In this document: one piece after another, positions 20,143 through 29,815 of the stretch
How positions within the stretch are numbered: the stretch's first letter is position 1
Layout of the letters: each line of letters opens with the position of its first letter
DNA from: Nitrososphaerota archaeon
Lineage (GTDB): Archaea > Thermoproteota > Nitrososphaeria > Nitrososphaerales > Gagatemarchaeaceae
NCBI GenBank assembly: GCA_029785215.1
Contig: JAFMAB010000003.1
Coordinates: 9,430 to 73,429 of the forward strand
DNA: 64,000 bases
Direction of reading: 5' to 3'
The notes under the pieces: generated by a model
Database searches by the model: none
What the model saw: only the letters and a program-made list of their open reading frames with translations
Told to the model about the DNA's origin: nothing
Made by a program: the position numbers and the translations under genes

Positions 20143-20796
20143 ATGTGGACATACGAAGGCATCAGGGTACGCTGGCTAGGGCACGACGGCTTTGTCCTGT
20201 CTGGGTCAAGGACTGTGATAATCGACCCATTCAAGGCGAAAGGGGACTACAAGGCCGACGTGCTGCTGATCACCCACGAACACTTCGACCACCTGAGCGA
20301 CGAAGACATCAGAAAGTTCGTCACCCCGTCGACGACCATCGTCGCGCCCAAGATATGCGAGGAGCCCCTGAAGCCCTACGGGCAAGAGAAGCTTTTCGTG
20401 AAGCCTGGGTCGAGCATCGAAGCGAAGGGTGTGAAGATAGAGGCTGTCCCAGCTTACAACCTCAACAAGTTCAGGGAACCTGGCAAGGTATTCCACCCAA
20501 GGGAGGACGGCCGGGTCGGGTACATTGTCACCGTCGATGGGGTGAGGTTCTATCAGGCCGGGGACAGTGACGCCACGCCGGAGTTGAAGTCTGTGGACGT
20601 CGACGTCGCGTTCCTGCCTGTCTCTGGGACGTACGTCATGACCGCGGAAGAGGCGGCCGAGGCGGCAAAGGGGATGAAGGCAAAGGTCGTCGTCCCGATG
20701 CACTTCCAATCCATCGTGGGGACGAAGGCAGATGCCGAGAGGTTCAAGAAGCTCCTCGGCGCTTCGAAGACCGTGAAGATACTCGAACAGGAGTAG
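20143..20796 (+). CDS. MBL-fold metallo-hydrolase
   Basis: WLGH, ITHEHFDH, AGDS, VVPMHF. Confidence 0.9.
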   Translation: MWTYEGIRVRWLGHDGFVLSGSRTVIIDPFKAKGDYKADVLLITHEHFDHLSDEDIRKFVTPSTTIVAPKICEEPLKPYGQEKLFVKPGSSIEAKGVKIEAVPAYNLNKFREPGKVFHPREDGRVGYIVTVDGVRFYQAGDSDATPELKSVDVDVAFLPVSGTYVMTAEEAAEAAKGMKAKVVVPMHFQSIVGTKADAERFKKLLGASKTVKILEQE

Positions 20797-20797
20797 G

Positions 20798-20944
20798 CTA
20801 CTCGGGGACGCTCACGCAGCTCATCTTCCCGTTCTCGAGCTTCACGAAGAGGTACCTGTTGTCAGCGAAGACTAGGGTCAGCTCGTTCTCCTTCTCCTCC
20901 ACAGTCAGCAGGGCCTTCCCCACTATGCCGTCGAACTTTGCCAT
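20798..20944 (-). CDS. 48-aa small hypothetical protein (not in ORF track)
   Basis: Own translation: MAKFDGIVGKALLTVEEKENELTLVFADNRYLFVKLENGKMSCVSVPE*; host-like codon usage; fills the gap exactly. Confidence 0.7.
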   Translation of the reverse strand: MAKFDGIVGKALLTVEEKENELTLVFADNRYLFVKLENGKMSCVSVPE

Positions 20945-20993
20945 TGATGGGTCGGGAGGCTCAGCGGGTTCGTATTTCTGTGTTGCCGGACCG

Positions 20994-21188
20994 TCACTCC
21001 GAATACTTCGCCAGGTCTTCCGCCCCCTGAGGGGGTTCCCCCACCGAGGTGCCAGTCGACTGCCTGATCATCTCTCGTATCACCTGGTCGACGCTTGCGC
21101 TCCTCCGCTTAGCCTTCAGCTGCATCAGCGTCCGGTGGGTGTCGTCATGGACCTTGACGCTCCTGCCCATCTGACTCATCATCCGCAT
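20994..21188 (-). CDS. Ribbon-helix-helix / antitoxin-like small DNA-binding protein
   Basis: RSVKVHDDTHRTLMQLK...SVDQVIREMI beta-alpha-alpha pattern. Confidence 0.65.
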   Translation of the reverse strand: MRMMSQMGRSVKVHDDTHRTLMQLKAKRRSASVDQVIREMIRQSTGTSVGEPPQGAEDLAKYSE

Positions 21189-21196
21189 TGGCGCTA

Positions 21197-21994
21197 TTAA
21201 TGTTGGGACGGGTCCTTTCCTTGCTTCTCGGCAACGAGGTAGAAGCGCGAGGTGGTGACATCGAAGGATCCCATAGTCCGTATCTTCGAGTCAGCCTCCC
21301 TCAGGGGCCTCTCAAGTTCGGCGAGACTGGCCGCGTCGAACTCCAGAGGACCTACGGCCTTCAGATAATACGCCAGAGCTCCGATGTCAAGGAAGCTGGA
21401 GCGGACCTTCTCTTCGCCGCTCTCGGTCACGTGCAGTCCAGCACCCCTGACCTGCCTCACGGCCTCGGCGAGGTCCCAACGCCCCCTCTCGTCTTCACGT
21501 TCGCCCAGAAGCAGGGCCAGCTCCTCGTCGTTGCCAGGGCCAACCTGTTGCGTGACGAACGTCCCGCCTGGGCGGAGCACTCTCGCCGTCTCCTTGGCCA
21601 CGAAGGCTTCGTGCCGACTGCTGACCAGGTCGATTGTCGCGTCCCTGAAGGGGAGCGCCCCCCGCTGCATCCCTGTGGCAGCGTTGTCGTCGCTAAAGGA
21701 GAAAACGACGTCCACGCCTCGGCGGTTCAACCTCTTGAGCGCCACCTGAAGATTGGGCCGATACCCTTCGGTCGCCACCGTTCGACGAGGTAGCGAAGCC
21801 ATTGAGGACAAGAGCTCGCCGCCCCCTGTCCCAAGATCAAGGTACGTTCCTGCCCCTGCCAGCCTCAACCCCAGCAGCCGCACGTAGTTCCACGATGTCC
21901 TCCCTTCGACGTATCTTCCGTTGAGGAACTCGAAGTCCCACCCCTGGAACTGGCGGGTCCAGGCTTCAGCAACCAGCCGCTCGAATGTGTCCAA
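21197..21994 (-). CDS. Class I SAM-dependent methyltransferase
   Basis: LDLGTGGGE, LPFRDATIDLV, RVLRPGG. Confidence 0.9.
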   Translation of the reverse strand: MDTFERLVAEAWTRQFQGWDFEFLNGRYVEGRTSWNYVRLLGLRLAGAGTYLDLGTGGGELLSSMASLPRRTVATEGYRPNLQVALKRLNRRGVDVVFSFSDDNAATGMQRGALPFRDATIDLVSSRHEAFVAKETARVLRPGGTFVTQQVGPGNDEELALLLGEREDERGRWDLAEAVRQVRGAGLHVTESGEEKVRSSFLDIGALAYYLKAVGPLEFDAASLAELERPLREADSKIRTMGSFDVTTSRFYLVAEKQGKDPSQH

Positions 21995-22018
21995 AAACGC
22001 TCGGTCCTCGTTTGTTTT

Positions 22019-22101
22019 TGACTCAGTATCGTCGCGAGTTCATCATCTGTCCGGGAGCTTACTCCGGACTATGACTGGGACGGCGTTCACCTCATCGTCA
22101 G
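22019..22101 (-). ncRNA. Candidate C/D-box guide sRNA
   Basis: Intergenic; minus strand has ACGATGA...hairpin...ATGATGA-13 nt-CTGA. Confidence 0.4.
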
Positions 22102-22160
22102 GAAATTCGGGCCAGGGCCGGGATTTAGCCTTTATCTGCTCAGCGAGGAACGGGAGAACA

Positions 22161-23303
22161 TTGGGTTTCCTGGATGGGGTGAGGGTGGTTGACGCCACGC
22201 GGCTCCTCCCCGGAGGGTTCTGCACAATGCTCCTCTCCGACATGGGGGCCGAGGTGATCAAGGTGGAGCAGCCTGGGCTGGGGGACTACATGCGGGCAAC
22301 CCCTCCTACCAGCCGCGGGAGGAGCCCTGTGCACGCGACTGTCAACAGGAACAAGAAGAGCATCGGGATAGACCTGAAATCCGCCGAAGGGAAGGCCGTG
22401 ATGCGGCGTCTCCTCCGAACTGCCGACGTGTTCGTAGAAGGTTTTCGCCCCGGGGCAATGTCCAGGCTCGGGTTGTCATTCACCCAGGTGAAGAAGGTCA
22501 ATGCGAAGATTGTCTACTGCTCGATATCGGCCTACGGCCAGGAGAGCTCGCTTAGTTCCATGCCTGGACACGACATCAACTTCCAATCAATGGCTGGGAC
22601 GCTCGCTTACTCCACAGAGTCGGGGGTCCCGTTCCTCCAGTTGGGCGACATAGCCTCTGGGATGTACGCAGCCCTGGGGATTCTGGGGGCGCTCTCTGGC
22701 CGTAAGAGGCCGGCATTCATAGATGTTCCAATAGTCGGCTCCCTGATGTCCTGGATGGTGCTCCCCGCTTCTGTCTACCTGGCGACGGGGCGGGCGCCCA
22801 GCGAAGGGGACAGCCTCATCTTCGGTTCCACGCCTTACTACAACGTCTACAGGACCGCCGACGGAGGATACATGGCGGTCGCTGCCATCGAGCCGGTCTT
22901 CTGGCGGAACCTGCTGGCCGCCCTGGGCGTCCCCGAGCTCGAGCCCCTGAGGTCCGGGACTGCCGAGGAGAGGGCCCTCGTCACCTCAGAGCTGGAGCGC
23001 GTCTTCGCGACAAGGACGAGGGATGAGTGGGCCAAGGCGCTCATGGGCAGGGACACCTGCGTGACGCCGGTACTGACCATAAAGGAGGCGCTTGACAGCG
23101 ACTGGGCCAGGAGCCTAGGGATGCTAGCAAGAGTCGGACGCGAAGAGGTCCTCAACGGCCCGCTCAGGGCAATCCCTCCTATGAGGAAGAGGCCCTGCAC
23201 CGCGGCCCCCGGTCTGGGAGACGACACCGCCTCCATCATGAAGTCCTTGGGCTACTCCATTGAGGCTACGCAGAGGATGAAGTCCAGAGGCGCAGTCCAG
23301 TAG
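22161..23303 (+). CDS. Family III CoA-transferase (CaiB/BaiF, AMACR-like)
   Basis: GAEVIKVE, NRNKKSI, EGFRPG, GHDINF; TTG start at 22161. Confidence 0.92.
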   Translation: MGFLDGVRVVDATRLLPGGFCTMLLSDMGAEVIKVEQPGLGDYMRATPPTSRGRSPVHATVNRNKKSIGIDLKSAEGKAVMRRLLRTADVFVEGFRPGAMSRLGLSFTQVKKVNAKIVYCSISAYGQESSLSSMPGHDINFQSMAGTLAYSTESGVPFLQLGDIASGMYAALGILGALSGRKRPAFIDVPIVGSLMSWMVLPASVYLATGRAPSEGDSLIFGSTPYYNVYRTADGGYMAVAAIEPVFWRNLLAALGVPELEPLRSGTAEERALVTSELERVFATRTRDEWAKALMGRDTCVTPVLTIKEALDSDWARSLGMLARVGREEVLNGPLRAIPPMRKRPCTAAPGLGDDTASIMKSLGYSIEATQRMKSRGAVQ

Positions 23304-23306
23304 CTG

Positions 23307-24500
23307 TTACGCCCTCTGCATCAGGATGGCGAACCCCTGCCCGCCCCCTACACAGAGCGTGGCCATGCCGTACTCCTTGCCGCTCCGGACGAGCTCCCTC
23401 GCCAGCGTCCCCACAAGCCTGGCGCCGGACGCCCCTAGCGGGTGCCCGATGGCTATCGCCCCTCCGTGGATATTCACCTTCTCCGGGTCGAGCCGCAGCT
23501 CCCGCATGGCATAGAGAACGACGACGGCGAACGCCTCGTTGATCTCCCATACGTCGACCTGGTCCACACTGAGCCCAGCCTTCGCGAGCGCCTTCTTGGA
23601 CGCAGGGACCGGACCCTTCCCCATGACGCTCGGTTCGACCCCTGCCCAGCCCATGGACACTATTTTGGCCAGGGGCTTGACTCCGCGCTCCTCCAGCTTC
23701 TCCTTCGAGGCGAGGACGACCATGGACGCCCCAGCGTTGAGAGGAGAGGAGTTCCCTGCGGTGATGAATCCGCCTGACTTGAACGAAGGCTGGAGGGCTG
23801 CGACCTGCTCCATTGTAGTCCCTTTCCTTATGCTCTGGTCAGTTTCGATGACCCGCTCTTCCCCTTCGAACTCTACTCTCATCGGCAGCAGCTCGCCCCT
23901 GAACCATCCCTCGTCTACCCCCGTCGATGCCTTCGCGTGTGAACCCACGGAGAACCTGTCCATCTCATCCCTGGTGAACCCTTCCATCTCTGCGAGTCTC
24001 TCCGCGGTGAGCCCCATCGAATATCCCGTGCTCATCTGGTACTTCATGTACTCCGGCCTCGTGAGTAGCCGCGTGTTAGGTGTCAGGGCGGGGTTGTTCG
24101 ACATCGGGACGTGAGTGAGATGCTCCATCCCTCCGGCGAGGACGACCTCTGAGTTCCCTGTCATGATCTCCATGGCGCCTTCTGCCGCGGCGTTCATGGA
24201 CGAGGCACATGCCCTGTCCATCGCCATGGCTGGGACCGACACCGGGAGGCCGGCAAGCAGGACCGGATGCCTCCCGCCGTAGAGCCAGTTCTCCCCGGTC
24301 TGGAATGCACAGCCGGTGACCACGTCTCCGATCTCGTCAGGCTTGAAGCCCGTCCTGTCCAAGACTTTGCGTATGAGGAGGCTCAGGGCCTGGTCCATCC
24401 TGACCGAGTTGTACACATCCTTCTCTGGCTGGGATGGCTTCGACCTCGAGAAAGGGACCCTAAGGTAGTCAGCCACGTATGCGTCTTTGAGCTCGACCAC
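23307..24500 (-). CDS. Acetyl-CoA C-acyltransferase (3-ketoacyl-CoA thiolase)
   Basis: RACASS, EINEAFA, GHPLGASG, LCVGGGQG. Confidence 0.94.
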   Translation of the reverse strand: MVELKDAYVADYLRVPFSRSKPSQPEKDVYNSVRMDQALSLLIRKVLDRTGFKPDEIGDVVTGCAFQTGENWLYGGRHPVLLAGLPVSVPAMAMDRACASSMNAAAEGAMEIMTGNSEVVLAGGMEHLTHVPMSNNPALTPNTRLLTRPEYMKYQMSTGYSMGLTAERLAEMEGFTRDEMDRFSVGSHAKASTGVDEGWFRGELLPMRVEFEGEERVIETDQSIRKGTTMEQVAALQPSFKSGGFITAGNSSPLNAGASMVVLASKEKLEERGVKPLAKIVSMGWAGVEPSVMGKGPVPASKKALAKAGLSVDQVDVWEINEAFAVVVLYAMRELRLDPEKVNIHGGAIAIGHPLGASGARLVGTLARELVRSGKEYGMATLCVGGGQGFAILMQRA

Positions 24501-24506
24501 GTCCCT

Positions 24507-26501
24507 TCACTTCCCCTTGAACTCAGGCTTCCTCTTGCCCAGGAACGCGGATATCCCTTCCTTCAGGTCCTCCGTCCCGAAGAGGACGCCCGCAGCCATC
24601 TCCTCCATCTCGAGCCCCACATCCATCGGGACCTCCGCCCCCTTGTTGAGCAGTTTCTTCGCCAGCATGACGGCCACCGGCGCCTCCGAAGACGCGAGCT
24701 CCTTCGCGTATCTCACCGCCTGCTCGTCAGGGTCTCCTCCTTGGAGGAGCCGGTTTACCAACCCCATCTCGTGCGCCCGACTCCCCGTGACGCTTTCGCA
24801 GGCCAGTATCATGGCCGATGCCCGTGACAGCCCGACCAGTCGGCCGAGCCTCTGAGTCCCTGACCATGCGGGCACCAGGCCGCGCGTGAGCTCAGGGAAC
24901 CTCAGTTCCACGTCCTCGGTGGCGAGTCTGAGGTCGCAGGACAGGGCAAGCTCGAGGCCCCCTCCGAGGGCATATCCCTTCAGTACGGCTATCGTGAGCT
25001 TGGGTATCTCGCTCAGGCGCCTCATGGTCCGTTCTCCTTTCCTGGCGAACTCCATCATCCCAGCCGCGCTCGAGACAAACTTCGTCATCTCGAAGCCGGC
25101 AGAGAACACCGTCCCCTCCCCCGTCACTACGATCGCCCTGATCTCCCGGTCGTTCCACAGGTCGGTCAACATCCCATCCAGCCCGTCAAGGACATCGCCG
25201 TTGATCAGGTTCAGCCTTGGTCTGTCTATCACGATCTTGGCGACCCCACCCTCGAGCCTTTCCAGGCGGATCGCCCCACGTGCCGCGGTGGGTGTCGCCG
25301 CGTTCGCCTCGGCCAAGGGCGCGTCCCGACCGGGTGCCGAGTGGATCCTCCCCTCGATGGCGTCGCGGAGCCTCCCTTCTGCTATAGAGCGAGCCGGGGC
25401 GAATACGCCGCACTCATACTTGGTCGAGAGCTCTTCGAGCTTCGCCTTGACCTCCGCGCTGCTCAGGTCCCTGGCGACTGATATGGGACCGAACGGCCTG
25501 TTCATCCCCAGGACGACCCCCTTCTCTATGTCGTCTGGCGTAGCCACTCCCTCCTCAATCAGCTTCACTGACTCGTTGATTTCGAGGGCGAAGATGTCCA
25601 TGATTGATACCTTGTCGGTGGGGTCTGCTTTCGGTATCTCAGCCTTCCCTTTCGACCAGTCGTAGAACCCGCGGCCGGTCTTCTTCCCCAGGCGGCCGTC
25701 CTTCACCATCTTCGCGAAGGTGGTCCCCTTGCCGTACTCCGGTGAGAGAACCGAAGCGAAATATGCGAGCGAGTCCGCCCCTACGTCCACTCCGACGAAG
25801 TCGAGCAGCTCGTATGGACCCATGGGGAGCCCTTGCCCTCTGGCGAACGTGTCAACCTCCGAGGGGCTCGCGACCTCTCGGTCGAGGAGCAGGCAGAAGA
25901 AGAGGGTGTCGGCTGCGTTAATCCTGTTGACTATGAATCCGGGGGAGTCCTTCAGCACCCTCACAGGCGTACGCCCGAGTTTCCCGCAGAGGTCGAAGAC
26001 CTCCTGGGCGACGGCGGGGTCTGTCTTTGTCCCAGGAATCACCTCGACCAGTTTCATCAGCATTGGGGGATTGAAGAAGTGCATCCCGACCATCCTCTGC
26101 GGCCTGTCGGTGGCTTCGGCCAGGTCAGAGATCTTGATGTTCGAAGTGTTCGACACAAAGATCGCCCCTGGCGGGGCCGACGCCGAGGCCTCTCTGAGGA
26201 CCCCTTTCTTCAGGTCGACCGACTCTGGAACGGCCTCCACCACGAGGTCCGCTGCCGACACCGCGCTGCCCAGGTCTCCGGAGTACGCCAGCTTCGACTT
26301 CGCGTCCTCGGACTGCTCCTTGGTGACCCTCCCCTTCTCCACCAGCTTGTCCAGGCTCGACGATATCCTCCCCTGTGCCTTCTCCAGCGCCTGCGGGAAC
26401 TTGTCGACCAGCGTCACATGGAACCCATTGACCGCGAAGAGCTCTGCGATGCCGTGGCCCATGTCCCCGGCGCCGATTACCGTCACCCTCTCGATGGCCA
26501 T
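24507..26501 (-). CDS. Bifunctional 3-hydroxyacyl-CoA dehydrogenase / enoyl-CoA hydratase
   Basis: GAGDMGHGIA, SNTS, GMHFFNP, PGFIVNR, C-terminal crotonase domain (ALGGGLELAL). Confidence 0.94.
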   Translation of the reverse strand: MAIERVTVIGAGDMGHGIAELFAVNGFHVTLVDKFPQALEKAQGRISSSLDKLVEKGRVTKEQSEDAKSKLAYSGDLGSAVSAADLVVEAVPESVDLKKGVLREASASAPPGAIFVSNTSNIKISDLAEATDRPQRMVGMHFFNPPMLMKLVEVIPGTKTDPAVAQEVFDLCGKLGRTPVRVLKDSPGFIVNRINAADTLFFCLLLDREVASPSEVDTFARGQGLPMGPYELLDFVGVDVGADSLAYFASVLSPEYGKGTTFAKMVKDGRLGKKTGRGFYDWSKGKAEIPKADPTDKVSIMDIFALEINESVKLIEEGVATPDDIEKGVVLGMNRPFGPISVARDLSSAEVKAKLEELSTKYECGVFAPARSIAEGRLRDAIEGRIHSAPGRDAPLAEANAATPTAARGAIRLERLEGGVAKIVIDRPRLNLINGDVLDGLDGMLTDLWNDREIRAIVVTGEGTVFSAGFEMTKFVSSAAGMMEFARKGERTMRRLSEIPKLTIAVLKGYALGGGLELALSCDLRLATEDVELRFPELTRGLVPAWSGTQRLGRLVGLSRASAMILACESVTGSRAHEMGLVNRLLQGGDPDEQAVRYAKELASSEAPVAVMLAKKLLNKGAEVPMDVGLEMEEMAAGVLFGTEDLKEGISAFLGKRKPEFKGK

Positions 26502-26526
26502 GGTATGGGACGCAGGGGCGGCCGGC

Positions 26527-26578
26527 TTAAGGCTCTTTCCACTGGAAAGCGAGGTTACGAAAAGTAATCGCGTATATA
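26527..26578. promoter_or_regulatory. Divergent promoter region with two palindromes
   Basis: CTTTCC-act-GGAAAG (26535-26549), TTAC-gaaaa-GTAA (26555-26567), TATATA at 26573-26578. Confidence 0.45.
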
Positions 26579-26600
26579 TGGCCGAGGGACAACCAATCCA

Positions 26601-27794
26601 ATGAGCACTTTAACGCCGAGCTCGTCCGACTACGTGATCTCAGTTTCAGAGGAGCATGAGGCTTTCCGCCAGGCCGTCAGGGAGTTCGCGGAGAAGGAAC
26701 TCGCGCCGGTGACCCAGAGGATAGACAGGGAGAACCAGATGGACATGGGCCTCGTGAAGAAGGCCGCCGCGTTGGGCCTCTTCGGCGTCCCCTTCCCAGA
26801 GGAGTACGGCGGAGGGGGGGGAGACGACCTCTCCCTCGTCATCGCCACGGAAGAGATCGCCCGGTTCTCCGCGGCGTTCTCAGCGGTAGTCGGCGCCACT
26901 TATCTGGTCTCCACCCCGATCTTCTTGTTCGGGACCGAGGAACAGAAGAGGAAGTACCTCGTCCCCATCGCGAAGGGGGAGAAGATAGCCGCCCACGCCA
27001 TGACCGAGCCGGGTACCGGCTCCGACGTGGCCGCCATCTCGACCAGCGCCAAGAAGGAGGGTGACAAGTATGTCATCAACGGGAAGAAGATGTTCATCAC
27101 CAATGGGGACAAGGCTGAGACTTTCCTGATCTTCGCCAGAACCAGCCCCATGGAGGGAGGGAAGAGGCACCAGGGGATTACTGCGTTCATAGCCGAGAAA
27201 GGGATGAAAGGACTCAATGTCGGGCAGCGGACCGACGTCATCGGGCTCAGGGGGGACCAGCCGGTCGAGCTGATGTTCGATGGTCTCGAGGTCCCGGAGG
27301 AGAACGTGGTGGGGGAAGTTGGGAGAGGGGTGAGGATCGCCCTGACCTGCTACGACCATGGGAGAGTCGGTGTCGCGGCCCAAGGCACGGGCCTAGCCCA
27401 GGGGGCACTCGAAGCGGCGCTGCGGTATTCGACTCAGAGGCAGACCTTCGACAACTACCTCTTGAGCTACCAGCAGGTCCAGTTCAAGATAGCAGAGATG
27501 ACTGCCGCGGTCCACACGGCCAGGCTCCTCACCTACTGGGCGGCCACCCTGACGAAGAAGGGGAAGGACTTCATCAAGGCGTCGTCGATAGCGAAGATTA
27601 CTGCCACTGAGGCCGCAGAGAAGAACGCCCATATGGCCATGCTCATCATGGGCGCCTACGGCGTCTCCACAGATAGCCAGGTGGAGAGGATGCTCCGGGA
27701 CTCGCAGATCATCAAGACATATGAAGGGACCAACGACATCCAGAGGCTCACCATCATGAAGGAAGTAGCGAAAGAGATGGGCGTCCTGGGCTGA
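26601..27794 (+). CDS. Acyl-CoA dehydrogenase
   Basis: MTEPGTGSD, INGKKMFITNG, YEGTNDIQR. Confidence 0.95.
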   Translation: MSTLTPSSSDYVISVSEEHEAFRQAVREFAEKELAPVTQRIDRENQMDMGLVKKAAALGLFGVPFPEEYGGGGGDDLSLVIATEEIARFSAAFSAVVGATYLVSTPIFLFGTEEQKRKYLVPIAKGEKIAAHAMTEPGTGSDVAAISTSAKKEGDKYVINGKKMFITNGDKAETFLIFARTSPMEGGKRHQGITAFIAEKGMKGLNVGQRTDVIGLRGDQPVELMFDGLEVPEENVVGEVGRGVRIALTCYDHGRVGVAAQGTGLAQGALEAALRYSTQRQTFDNYLLSYQQVQFKIAEMTAAVHTARLLTYWAATLTKKGKDFIKASSIAKITATEAAEKNAHMAMLIMGAYGVSTDSQVERMLRDSQIIKTYEGTNDIQRLTIMKEVAKEMGVLG

Positions 27795-27845
27795 GCCCGC
27801 CTCCATGGAGACAGAAGCTATGTCGACCTCCGGGGTGTCCTCACG

Positions 27846-29006
27846 GTGACCAGGGTCGCCGTGGTCGGCATCGGCCACAGCAGGTTCGGAAGGCGGACTG
27901 ACGTCAACATAGGAGAACTCGCCTTCGAGTCTATCAAGCAGGCTATTGATGACGCCGGCGTCGAGCGTAGGGACATAGGCAATGTCGTGGTGGGGAGCGC
28001 CGGGGGCTGGTACGAGGAGTCTCTCCCCGCCGTCGTGGTCGGAGAATACGCAGGGCTCAGCGGCGCGGGGACCATGAGGGTCGAAGCTGCCTGTGCAAGC
28101 GGGAGCGCGGCGGTCAAGGCAGCCTACAACAGCATCCTTAGCGGCGAGACCGAGGTGGCCATGGCGGTTGGGGTGGAAAAGATGACCGAGGTGGACTCGC
28201 CTACTTCGGTCGAGCTCATCGGGAGGGCCGGCTCCTATACATGGGAATTCGAGAACTACGGGATGACCTTCCCGGCCTACTACGCGCTCTACGCAGTAGC
28301 GCACATGAACCAGTTTGGCACCACCCAGGAGGACCTCGCGAGGGTGTCTGTGAAGGCGCACAGGTACGGCGCCAGCAACCCGCTTGCACACTTCCAGAAG
28401 GAGATCACGCTGGAGAAGGCAATGGGCTCACAGATGGTGGCCTGGCCGCTGAAACTCTATGACGCATGTCCTTTGTCGGACGGATCGGCCACGGTGGTCT
28501 TGGCCTCAGAAGAGGCAGCCAAGAAACTTACCGACACCCCTGTCTGGATCCGAGGGGTGGGCTATTCATCCGACACAGCGAACCTCAGCAGGAGAGGTAA
28601 CTACGTCGGGCTCCGGGCGGCCGTCGAAGCCGCTGCGAGAGCCTACGCCATGGCCAAGGTTTCGCCCGGGGACATCGACGTCGCCACGGCACACGACTGC
28701 TTCACCATAGCTGAGTTGATGGCCTACGAAGACCTAGGGTTCTGTAAGAAAGGGGAGGGAGCGAAGATGGTCCGCGAAGGCGAGACCGAACTCGGCGGGA
28801 GGATCCCTGTCAACCTGGACGGCGGGCTGAAGGCCAAGGGGCATCCCATAGGGGCCACAGGGGTCTCCATGGCTGTCGAGATTACAAAGCAGCTGAGGGG
28901 GGAAGCCGGGAGGCGCCAGGCTCAGATCAAGAAGGGACTGGGGTTGACTCACAACATCGGGGGGACGGGCCACTACGCCTACGTGACCGTCTATTCGAGG
29001 GACTGA
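27846..29006 (+). CDS. Thiolase-superfamily protein (SCP2-type), partner of DUF35
   Basis: EAACASG, HDCFT, GHPIGATG, HNIGG. Confidence 0.9.
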   Translation: MTRVAVVGIGHSRFGRRTDVNIGELAFESIKQAIDDAGVERRDIGNVVVGSAGGWYEESLPAVVVGEYAGLSGAGTMRVEAACASGSAAVKAAYNSILSGETEVAMAVGVEKMTEVDSPTSVELIGRAGSYTWEFENYGMTFPAYYALYAVAHMNQFGTTQEDLARVSVKAHRYGASNPLAHFQKEITLEKAMGSQMVAWPLKLYDACPLSDGSATVVLASEEAAKKLTDTPVWIRGVGYSSDTANLSRRGNYVGLRAAVEAAARAYAMAKVSPGDIDVATAHDCFTIAELMAYEDLGFCKKGEGAKMVREGETELGGRIPVNLDGGLKAKGHPIGATGVSMAVEITKQLRGEAGRRQAQIKKGLGLTHNIGGTGHYAYVTVYSRD

Positions 29007-29009
29007 GGC

Positions 29010-29441
29010 ATGTCAGAAGCGCCTGCGTTGCACTCGAGGCGGCCGCTCACTCTCAGGTTCGACATCCCCATATCAAGGACCCACGAGTTTTGGGACTCCT
29101 TGCGGACCGGTAGGTTCGTCACCACCAAGTGCTCGAAGTGCGGGAACGTCTCCTTCCCGCCGCAGTCAGACTGTTCCAGGTGCATGGGGAGCGAGTTTCA
29201 CTGGGTCGACCTGGGTCAGGGCGCCACCCTTGTCACGTACACCCAGGTTATGACGGTCCCTGCGAGCTTCTCGGCTGAAGGCTCATACACGGTCGCCATA
29301 GCGGAGTTTCGAGGGGGGGTCAAGGTCCTCGCCTGGCTCGAGGGGGTCAGAGCGGAAGACGCAACCCCTGGCATGAAGCTTAAGGTGGAGGCGAGAACAA
29401 GGTCGGACGGAAGCCCCTACTACGTCTTCGTCCCTGCCTAG
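29010..29441 (+). CDS. DUF35 Zn-ribbon/OB-fold acyl-CoA-binding protein
   Basis: CSKCG...FPPQSDCSRC plus OB fold, downstream of thiolase. Confidence 0.9.
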   Translation: MSEAPALHSRRPLTLRFDIPISRTHEFWDSLRTGRFVTTKCSKCGNVSFPPQSDCSRCMGSEFHWVDLGQGATLVTYTQVMTVPASFSAEGSYTVAIAEFRGGVKVLAWLEGVRAEDATPGMKLKVEARTRSDGSPYYVFVPA

Positions 29442-29815
29442 AATTCTTTCGGGACGTCCCTCATGACTTCGGCGACCCTGACGAGCCTGTCCCTGTACAT
29501 AATGATCCTGGGGAGGGAGCCCTTGAACTTGAGCTGGCCTTTCAAGACAGCAGACTGGATGTCTACCTCGCCCTTGGCTACCTTGCACCACGAATCGTAG
29601 GTTCCATCGAAAGAGAACTCGGCGTTCGCGCCTGGCTCAGCCTTCTTGATCGCCGTCGTCCCATTCTCCACGGTCATCAGGTAGCTCTGGCCGGAGTCGG
29701 CGACGTTGAAGGCTATGCTCGTCTTGAACCCCTTGGTGGTCTCGGCCCACTTGGGGTCGGCCGCGAGCGTGGACTGCACCTGGGCGACGTACTCATCGCT
29801 CATGAACTTGGTCAT
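29438..29815 (-). CDS. SCP2 sterol/lipid-binding domain protein
   Basis: SAVLKGQLKFKGS SCP2 signature. Confidence 0.85.
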   Translation of the reverse strand: MTKFMSDEYVAQVQSTLAADPKWAETTKGFKTSIAFNVADSGQSYLMTVENGTTAIKKAEPGANAEFSFDGTYDSWCKVAKGEVDIQSAVLKGQLKFKGSLPRIIMYRDRLVRVAEVMRDVPKEF

